Shown piece after piece: positions 53,975 to 64,000 of a stretch of DNA of 64,000 nucleotides; within the stretch, counting starts at the first letter, position 1, and each line of letters opens with the position of its first letter. Below the pieces are notes generated by a model. That model was given only the letters and a program-made list of their open reading frames with translations, did no database searches and was not told where the DNA came from. A program made the position numbers and the translations under genes. The stretch comes from Octopus sinensis (taxonomy: Eukaryota), in assembly GCF_006345805.1 (NCBI RefSeq), contig NC_042998.1:134416001-134480000 (forward strand), written 5' to 3'.

Positions 53975-54424
53975 ATACGCCTTGCTTCGTACTGTGGCCA
54001 TACTGGGTCACATCCTTCAGGAATTTATAGTCGAATGAATTGATTCTGGAACTTATTCTATCGATTTCTTTTGACGAATTGCTAAGTTACGAAAACTTAT
54101 AGACACCAACACCAATTTCAAGCAGTAGTAGAACACTCGCGCGCGCGCACGCACACACACACACATACACACACATACACACACATACACACACACACAT
54201 GTATGTGTGTATGTATGTATGTATGTATGTATGTATGTATGTATGTATGTATGTATGCATGAATACGATAGGCTTCTTTCGAGTTCCATCTGCCAAATCC
54301 ACCCATAAGGCTTTGGTAGGTTCGAGGCTATAGTATACTTTGCTGAAGGTGCCACGCAGTGGAACTAAACCCGGAACCATGTGGTTTGGAAGCAAGCTTC
54401 TACCACTCAGCCACGCCTGCGCCT
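53975..54424 (-). mobile_element. SINE family A, full-length, diverged
   Basis: Ends in CAGCCACGCCTGCGCCT; homologous to 21599-22030. Confidence 0.82.
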
Positions 54425-56351
54425 AATCAGAATTCGGTAGAATAATAATTCCTGTATTTTGCTATTGTGAGGTGTGTGTCTGGATGGTCTTAACAATTAA
54501 CACGTCTTCAAAATAAGTTTCATTATTGAAATTTTATGTTATTACCATTGTCGAATAGGTCCGCTGCTTAATATTTTTAGACAAGATGCTTATTTCAAAA
54601 TTTAAACCTTTTTGAAGATGGACAGTAATTTTGTTGAGAATTTGTTTTAACTTTTTTTTGCGAAAAAATGATAAGCCACACTTTAAGTGAAAACAAAAAG
54701 GTAAACCAACACTAGATTAAAATTGGCAAACTACCACCTGAACAGATGCAGCTTCAACAGCCTAAAGTACGAAAATACTTAGAACATTCCAATACCACGT
54801 GTTACAAAAAAGATGTATGGCTGTATAATGTATAATTGTATAGCTGTATTGCAGAAAAAAAGGCTTTTTCCTTTTCTTTTCATATATCCTGTATCTAGAC
54901 AAAGTGTGAAAGTAAGAACCGGAACTTAAAAGTTTGTAACAATAGGATATTTTCTGGTTTAGTTGAGAGATGGACGAAAATCTCTGTGAGATTTAAGCAC
55001 TAAATATTTATTTATTGTTAACAAAGATGTTGCGATGAAAAAGAAAAATTATATTTAAACCAAGTGAGTCAGTTCGTATGTATTTATGGGAGAGAGCCTA
55101 TGTATCAAGGAGAGTAGCCGTGAGTGGCGTAGATTCTTGCAACTAACTGACTTAAACTGTGTCGCAACCACTGTCGTTGTCTACGAACATAAGTTCGTAC
55201 AAACCTTGGTTTGGTTTTGGCTGGGCTGCGACCACAGTCGATGGTCTATCACAGAAAAGGTGCTAAAGACAAACTTGTTAATGACATCTCCAAATGTTTA
55301 TATAACACTGGGATCTTAATGAGTTAAACATCTGCTGGATCTTTCGTATTATGCGGTTGGTCTACTGGCTACTGAAAAAAAAAAGGTCTTTAATGTGATT
55401 ATCAGAGACTTACTGACGTTATCAATCCTTGACAATATCACGTCTATTGTTTAGTTCTTTTTACGTCCGAACACTGATTCAATTTCGATTCCCCGGGCAG
55501 TGAGTTGGTGTTGGCGAATCTGCCAAATATTCCTCCTACATGTTTAAATAAATTACCATAGTAAATATTAAAATATATATTTGCTATTGTCTCGTGGTAA
55601 CGGACACTTTCATCGAGAATTTACTTTATCAATGCCCACAGCCTACCCTGACACATGTCGGTTATGTATACCGGCACAAATTAAACATACCAAACTATAT
55701 TTCATGCAGGCTTCTAATGTTCGGCACCAAGAACAAATATGGTAAACACAAGTTAATTGAGTGGATATTTATTCTTATTCACATTTTATTCCAGCTTTAA
55801 TTAGTTGAAATCAGCGTTAGGTTACTTTATTCAATTATTGGTTACTGCTATATGTACGTAAACAAAATTAATTTAAGCAACTCTTAAGCATGCAAAAATT
55901 TAAAACCACCGCTTTATGACTAAGTGGATAAGAACGTTTGCATATCATAGAATATAGTCTTTCAATCAGTACTTGATGCAGAGACTCAATTCCTCAAAAC
56001 CACTTTGATATTTTAAAGAAAATTTGGGCATTAACAGTTTTTTTATGTCGTTCTAAAGTCTCCCTTGGTGTTACTAAAGAATCATGTATACCATTATTTA
56101 ATAAATTTTGCGTGTTCACCCGTGGAAGTAATAAAAGAAATTAACTTTAAAATAACAGTGGGACTTTATTCCTTTATAAAGCAGAACAGTGGATCAAAGC
56201 AAGAAACATTACAAATTCTGGTGAGTATTCATCCACCGTTTGGATAATTCAGCTTGGGTCGTCTTTAGTTACATGTGCTCCGTTATATTAGTTTCCCTCT
56301 GGTAAAAACGGCAGGAATCCACCTAACTCATCTTGACGAAAAACTCTTACC

Positions 56352-56491
56352 CACTAACGTAGCTAGAGTGTGTGCCGCCCGGGGCGGCACTTACGTTTGC
56401 TGTCCCCGGACCACCTCCCCCAAAAAAGACATTGCCTACAACAATAACCTACAACTGGATGAAATGTGCCCCCTCCCCCGCTATGCTAGTG
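56352..56491. mobile_element. GC-rich MITE (TIR CACTAGCGTAGC), copy 1
   Basis: CACTAACGTAGC...GCTATGCTAGTG; homologous to 61609-61761. Confidence 0.7.
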
Positions 56492-57048
56492 CTCTCACCC
56501 TTCTGACCCATAAATAATTTGTCACATCAATTTAAGGAAAAAAGGAGGCTCCAGAGCGCATGTATTACGCGCTATGTCCCGCACAATACTCTATATACAC
56601 TAGATTCCCGCACAATACTCAACCAATTCAACACAACCAATATAACACAGAATTCAACAAATGTCCAAATACTTACATGATAGGTGTGTTGACCAATAAC
56701 TACTGATTAACGTGATTAGCCTATATAAAACTGTTTTCAATATGCCATAATAGAAATTGGTCTCGAATTTTTTCTATTAGTGTTTAATGATAACTCCCAC
56801 CTATATCTGTTTGTATATGACAAAAATTCTTATTTTTTATTTTTTCGTTTATTCGTTGACGAACGCAAGAATACATGTCTGTTTTGTTTCGTTTGTATAT
56901 AATGATATCTGACAAAGCGAACTACTCAAAACTATACGTAGAAATATAATCAACTTAATGAAGTTCTTGTTCGTTATTATATCGATTTTTAACTAAAAAC
57001 ATAAAGAGATGTAACAAATACCTCGGACCATTTTTGCTCTGTCACAAC

Positions 57049-57252
57049 AGCTGAATACACGTCATTAATTGGTTAAAATTACCGAACTACGACAACTTTA
57101 ACACGAAATAACTTTGAAAATATAAACTTTTCTCAACAACACTAAGTGTAAAAGATGTTTTATATGACACATTCTACCAGTGTCCGAAGTTTGAAAGTGT
57201 TTAGTTACAAAAAATTAATTTCTCGATCTGCCGTTCAAAGGGTAAAGATCCC
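57049..57252 (+). repeat. Unclassified interspersed repeat, inverted homolog at 62161-62345
   Basis: cagctgaatacacgtcatt..ttggtt.aaattaccgaa.tacgacaac..taacacgaaataact is shared in reverse complement. Confidence 0.75.
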
Positions 57253-57344
57253 TTAATTTATTAATCGACCCCAATAGGATGAAAGGCGGAAAAAAAAATT
57301 CAGTCTCGACGGGATTTGAACTCGGAAGGTAACGACGGATGGAA

Positions 57345-57565
57345 TACCTATTTCTTTACTACCCATAAGGGACAAACAAGGACAGACAAACGGATTAAGT
57401 CGATTACATCGACCCCAGTGCGAAAATGGTACTTTATTTATCGACCCCGAAAGGATGTAAGGCAAAGTCAACCTCGGCGGAATTTGAACTCAGAACGTAA
57501 CGGCAGATGAAATACGGCTACGCATTTCGCCCGGCGTGCTAACGTTTCTGCCAGCTCGCCGCCTC
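57345..57565 (-). mobile_element. SINE family B, full-length (plus an adjacent partial copy at about 57255-57340)
   Basis: Head GGCGGCGAGCTGGCAGAAACGTTAGCACGCCGGG, B-box-like GAGTTCAAATTCC and GGGGTCGATAAATAAAGTAC core. Confidence 0.85.
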
Positions 57566-58600
57566 ACGAAATATTTAAAACCCTGATATAATAAATAATT
57601 TTTAAATATCGATACGCAGACTTGACAACTATTACCGTACCTAACTTTGTAAACCAAGTTGTTTGGTACCGAAAGCAACCTTGTTAACCTTGTCACGTAA
57701 TAAATTATTCCTACAGATGGAATTTCACCTTCTAATTTTAAGTAAACAATGTAATTAAATCTCTAACAATCCAAATCTGTCAACTGAAAGTGCTTTTATG
57801 GGAGTTAATCCATTTAATTCTTCACTTATTTGGTGCATTGAACTTTGACATTACCCGTACTGAATTTGGTAACTATATTTAGACAAACTATTGTTTGGCA
57901 TAAGCAGGATAAACTTGCGAAAAACTTTGGCGATATTATATAAAATCCAAACAACAAATCTATTTGATTGGCAAATATTATGTACTTTTACAGGCCGTTA
58001 CGTCGACAGTTTTTCGCTAACAAAACAAGTTGCAAAGATGTCGGTCAACTAGACAAAGAATTAGTGGTATGCTTCCTCTCGAACACTGTCTTAGATGGGA
58101 GTTGAAGTGAATAGGTGGACAACTAACTGTTGCGAATGAACTTAAACAAGGTAAAATTTCGTGAGAAACTAAAGCGACATACTCACATTATAAGAAAAAC
58201 TGGATTTGAGAATGTCGGTTGCAAGAAGGATTTCTAACATTAAGCAAGAGATCACAGATTTTGAGAAAGGGTGTAATCGATTTGACAGATCCTAATACTT
58301 TGTGTATAACGAAAACCAAAATAAATTATAAAGCTAAAGAACTTTTTAAAAAGGATTAAAATATTGCAGGAAACAAACCAAAACACGGAAATGAATGTAA
58401 ACAAATAGCAGACAAGTCTATGTTGTATGAAAATATTTACAGACGTTACATAGTATGCACTCTCTTTCTGAACCTCTACTGACTGAGGCTTAAGTAATAT
58501 TGGTAGTATTTATAAGTATTGAGGTTTAAGCAAGATTGGTAGTTTCTGCAAGTATCTGCATAGCGTGTGTATGCGGGTGAAATTGATAAGGTAAATATTA

Positions 58601-58642
<42 letters not shown>

Positions 58643-58710
58643 GTATGCATGCATACATACATGTGGTCAACTGCGGTCATATATCAGTATTACTGGACCC
58701 CCTCAGCGAA

Positions 58711-60446
58711 ACTAATCTAGCAAATTAATGACTTCCACTTCTGATAATAAAATTTCGTAAACATGAATGATTTTTTTTTTCATATTAGGGTTTTAATTTC
58801 AATTACTTAAAAGCTATTTTCAGTTCACCACTCCGAATGTAATAAGGCGAAATTCTAATTGTGAGTGAATTTTAGCAAATAGATGGACTATAGATAAGGG
58901 TTGAGAGATTTGTACTTTGGTTGAACGAAATGTATGCGCTCCAAATTGGACTAGAGTCCATATATGTTTGAAAGAAGAATGGGAAATTGTCCAGTTGAAT
59001 TAGGCGTTATTCTTTGATTGACATACTTTCATAATGATTTTAACTTGCTTTGTAGGAAGTAGAGAGACAATGATTACGTATTATCCCCAAACACTACATT
59101 AATTCTGCATGTGCTCATTTGGATGTAGATGGTAAAGATAAGCGTCTCAAAATCTCGCGCTAGCTAGAGTACTGAGTCACGAATTGGGGAAGATAAAAAT
59201 ACGGGATATGCTGGGAAATCTTTCCCACCCGTACCTTTCACCAAACGCTGGAACATTGATTAGAGGAGAGAAGAGGAGTCAACACGTCAAGAGAACGTGA
59301 AATTTTCCTGGTGAAGGGTCAATGATATTCATAGGCAACGATGAGCCCTTGATTGGTTAATGTACCGACCGTTGCTTTCATGTTCCAAAATGTTTATATT
59401 TGGCTAATTTAGGAAAATTCTTCGTTGAGACAGTTTTGTTTAGGAACCGATCACATATTCAAATAATAAGTTGACTCCAGAGTAATCTGATCTGAGATGT
59501 GCACCAGCGAGTAAGCTACTTGAGACGACCTTAGAAACGCGCGCGCATAAATATGCTCGCACACTCATCCGCACAATACACAAAATAAAAATATTAAAGG
59601 AAACAAGAATATATTGTAAATTTTGTGCTATGATGAGGAAGCAGAAGATAGTTTGACGTTTCGGATAGTGGTCCCTCGTAAGGAATAGCACAAGAAAAAG
59701 AATATTTTATGGAAGCAACGAAATGTTGCCCAGCCTTCACAGATCTTTCTGTTTCTTTTCGTCGTTTTTTCCTCTGCTGTTTTTGATGAAGTACCACTGC
59801 CCAAAGCCTTGAATTTCCTTCTATCTCTTCCTTACAAAGTGGAACTAAATGTTATATATATTCCCGTGGGTTTTATTGTTTTTGTTCTTCAAGTCTTGCG
59901 CAATATGTCTTACTATATTATCCATCTTATTGTTTAATATTTATATTCGGTCTATTTAATTTAAAAACCCGGCTGGTATGTACTGAGATGGCACATAATG
60001 TTATTGGAAGTCAGTCTATGTGATGCTCATATCAGATTTGAATGTAGGTAACTACAAATTGTGATAATTCGGTGGATGCACTTATTGGTTTTCACTATTA
60101 TTCCAGTATTCATATTCTGGTGAGCCTCGAGTTGACATCTTGAGATTTAGTGTTTGATTGTTACTTCAAATTGAACACAGCTCAGCCTACGTTACCATTA
60201 TAGCACATTCCTACGAGACTATACTGCTATTCATGTAAGCATCTCAGACTGCTTACAAAAGAACACCACAAGTCTGATTTGCTAAAATTCACTCACAATT
60301 AGAATTTCGCCTTATTACATTCGGAGTGGTGAACTGAAAATAGCTTTTAAGTAATTGAAATTAAAACCGTAATATGAAAAAAAAAATCATTCATGTTTAC
60401 GAAATTTTATTATCAGAAGTGGAAGTCATTAATTTGCTAGATTAGT
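58711..60446. repeat. 170-bp near-perfect inverted repeat (58711-58880 and 60277-60446) with a ~1.4-kb spacer
   Basis: One mismatch found on direct comparison; the 10-nt homopolymer is the same length in both arms. Confidence 0.95.
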
Positions 60447-61608
60447 CCATCTCACACAATCAAAGCTTATCAACCCAAATCTTCTAAGTATTTAACGAGT
60501 GACTATGCTACAGAAGCACTAGCGAAGAACAACACAAAAAGCATTAAGAAAATTCACCCATTCCAAGTTAGTGATTTTGCCCATTGCATAAGTAATCAAA
60601 ATAAATCAAGCGTATAATTGTATTCATTCGATGATACCCTGGAATTTCAGGTATCGATCAGACGGACATTGGTGATTCAGTATATATATATATTTTTTAA
60701 TTCGAATGTTATTAAGGGCGTTCCTCTGTTTGCTTTCCACTTCACTCACTCTACCTTTAAATTTCCTCGCATTATAATTTGAAATGTTAGATACCTATCT
60801 CTCTATCCTGAAGATGGAGATCGGACCGACCTAATGTCCATATGCTTCCACTACTGGTTGCATATCCTTGATTTTTTTGCGAACTACATCTGCCAACATT
60901 ATGAAGTAATTCCGAGCTCCCACAAACAGCTGTCGGACCTGTAACACCATTTCTTCTCCCCTTAATTTTTGTGTCTTAGTACTCTGTGTAAATTTACTCT
61001 GTCAATATAAAAACATCTATATATTTATACAATCATATTAAAAGAGCAAGGGCGAAAACGACCTATCTCCAGCATACCTGAAGTGCCGATACCTTAAAAA
61101 AAAAAACTACCAAAAACTCCAGATATATATATACATATGGTTGAAAGCGGGCTAGCGAAAGAAAATTAACGTGATTTTTATCCTTATATTCTATTAGAGA
61201 TTCATACATAAATATTCATGGTCTGATATTTTCGGTTTTCGTCTTCTCTCTGTGTATGTATATTTTGTATATCTAAACCAAGCAGTTTTATTTGTTTATT
61301 CATATCATTATCTCCATATCTGTTCACCTGGATTCCTCTTAAAGCCATTCTTTACCCCGCGGGCGCAGTCCTCGGTAAAGATTTCGAAGTGTAAATTCAA
61401 AATATTTGTGCGCTGCTAAATGTTTTCGATATTGAAAATCTCTGAATCTCATCCGTTAGCTGTCTCTCCCTCCCTCTCTCTTTCCCTTCCCCTCTCTCTA
61501 TTTCTCTTCCCCTTCCTCTCTCGCTCTTTTCTCCCCGCCCTCACTCTCTCTCCACACACATACACTCAACGGCTTTTTTTTTTTTTTTAGGTAGAAAGCA
61601 CTTGCTAC

Positions 61609-61761
61609 CACTAGCGTAGCTAGAGTTTGTGCCGCCCCCGAACCCCACAAAAATCATATATTGCCTACAGCAAAAGCCTACAACATGATGGAAAGTGTCG
61701 TCCCTTTAAAAGTGCCGCCCGGGGTGGACCGCCCCTACCGCCCCCTCCAGCTACGCTAATG
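61609..61761. mobile_element. GC-rich MITE (TIR CACTAGCGTAGC), copy 2
   Basis: CACTAGCGTAGCT...AGCTACGCTAATG. Confidence 0.7.
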
Positions 61762-64000
61762 CTCCCTATATGCATCATGCTGTGCGACTGAACACGAAAC
61801 CATATGATTTCAAAACAAACGTCTTAAACTGCCAGCCATTTATTGTGCGACACATTAAGCAAGTATTTTCTACTATAGATCCATTATGATCACTGCTAAA
61901 AAATCAAAAACGTATCGTATGCACGCGCACGTGCGTAGTGTGTGCATGAGAGAGTGCATGCGCGTGTGTGTGCATGAACGTGTGCATATGAGTGTATTAC
62001 CTTATCTTGTCATCTCACGCTAATAGAAAACAAATGTCGCCGTCGTACAAACGGTGTCGTTTGTATGCAATCTTCGGTGGACTTCTGTTTTACGTACACA
62101 CGGGAATTCACACGACTATAAAAAAGGGGAATTTTTTTTTTTAATGTTTCGAATTTTTCGGGGATCTTTACCTTTTGACCAACAGATTTAAAAAATACTT
62201 TTTTGTAACTAAACACCTTCAAACTGGTAGAATGTGTCACATAAAACATCTTTTACTCTTGTAAATTCTGTATTTTGGAAGTTATTTCGTGTTAATGTTG
62301 TCGTATTTCGGTAATTTCAACCAATCAATGACGTGTATTCAGCTGAATAAAATTACTGCAGTGGTTTGTCAACAACAACTATCGGCGGTGTATTTTTCGT
62401 TTGTCACTGTTATTTATGACATCGTTCGTGCGTTTGTACTGGTTTTAGCTTTAAGGTTTTAAGGTTAGGGTTTTAGGGCTAGGGTTAGAGTTACGGAAAA
62501 AAATGAAAAATGAAGCACGAACGATTATGGTGGTGTCATGAAGTAAACATGCTTCAGATACACTCGTTTATTCATACAAAAGTAACTGAGATTAAATATT
62601 TTATAAATAACAGTGACAAACGAAATAAGGAAAATTTTTTAAAGTTTTCGAATTAAAAAAAAAATTATTGCTTCGAATTTTTTTTTTTTAATACGGACTG
62701 TTTCGAATTTTTGGCTTAAATCCCAGCAATAGACTATTAAATGTGTTTATGGGGCGATAGATATTGAAAAACATCAATATGTCGGAGTGACAAAGAAACG
62801 AGGACGGTATGAGGTGGTTGTGAAATGTGCTAAAAAAAGTAACAACTAAATTCTCCTTAAATTACACGATTTTTTTTCCTTTTTAGTTTTTGCAGAGTCA
62901 TGAATTCACGAGTGTAGAACACAAATTCGTAAAGATTTTCTGAAAATTCCCAAAAAAAAAATATGATGAGGGGCTATATGCGTGCGCAAAACAGAATTCC
63001 GCCCAGTCTCCTACGAAAACTGTCCGGACTAAGGAAAAAATAGTTACCCTCCTTGGAAATAGGTGCGAGTTACCGACAGGAAGAACAACAGGTGGCAAAA
63101 AAAAAAAAAAAAACAGAAAAGAAATCAACGAATTTTGTCTGACCCATGCAGTCATGGAAATGTAGACGTTAAAACAATGATGATGATGTTGATGATGATA
63201 ATGATGATATGAAGTTGTACATACTACACATACACACACACAATCTATGTATGTGTAAATATATGCGTGTGTGTATTTGCGCAGGCGTGTGTAAATATAT
63301 GGGCAGTTCTACATTCATACATAATAAAGAACCACAGTCTAAAAATACACACACAATCGCGCGCGCGAAAATGTGAATATCCTGTTTCTCTTACAACTTG
63401 TCTAGTTATCTCCCCACTCCATTTTCACGCCAATCCACCAGGTGTCGCGGTAGCATTTTTTAATATATAAACCAAGCCGAGTCACTGTTAATTATTTGTT
63501 CTACTTTTCTGTAGCTGGATGATCAATGCATTAACTGCTACGCTTGTTAGAGATAGATGCACGTTTTTAGCTTAGTCCTCGAGTCTTGTTATATTTTTTA
63601 CAAGTCAAATACAATAATACGGCATATCTATCAATCAATAACTTGATTAACTGGCATTTATTTTGCTTTTAACTAAATTAATAACATCTAACCCCTTTTC
63701 ACACACGAACACTATAAAATCCCAGCGTACTTTTCTCAAATAAGCAACCGCCCGTATAGTAAACAAAGCAAGTGGTTTCGGTTTCTACAGTTGCTGAGGT
63801 TTTAAATCTACTTTAGTTGCTATTTTTATTATTTTATTTTATGTGCTGAGTTTAAAAGGGACGCTGATCGTATCCTTTGTTTACATTTTCTCCTCTTTAC
63901 CGGTAACATTCATTCGGTTACAGGTTTGATCGATGCTTCGTTAATAATAGCTATTGTGTAAACTTTTATATTTTTATTATCATTAACACCATTCGTGCAA

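Noticed and set aside
60808-60832. CTGAAGATGG...CCGAC hammerhead-like start (also CTGATGA at 15190 and 53925)
   Set aside because: The GAAA box or stems I/II are missing or too weak.
62445-62492. Degenerate TTAGGG-like run (also CCCTAA-like at 7141-7162)
   Set aside because: Only a few imperfect units, adjacent to interspersed repeats; not a telomere array.

Overview
AT-rich, microsatellite-dense animal genomic DNA. The SINE families and repeat landscape suggest an octopus-like coleoid cephalopod (inference). Two host genes are supported: a minus-strand BTB/POZ gene whose large coding exon (9693-10929) resembles the plant NPH3/RPT2 family, and a plus-strand two-exon short-chain dehydrogenase with a FabL-like YxxxxxxK active site (34290-35531). 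Most other interpretable sequence is mobile DNA. It includes a complete but defective 4.27-kb LTR retrotransposon (46749-51020, minus), a full-length mariner (4741-6028) and a full-length DD35D pogo (42232-44621). There are also CRE, R4/Dong-like, CR1-like and Penelope-like non-LTR remnants, two Helitron copies, several MITEs and many tRNA-derived SINEs. The most striking observation is that the LTR element's primer-binding site is the exact complement of the first 12 nt of metazoan tRNA-Phe, not of a tRNA 3' end. That element also has a DIRS-like RNase H motif and a predicted slippery-site/pseudoknot frameshift signal. Other highlights are short dispersed repeats carrying minimal hammerhead-ribozyme cores, several long inverted repeats, retroelements embedded in specific microsatellites, and a 72% GC block inside the pogo element. 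All calls were made by eye; no database search was run.
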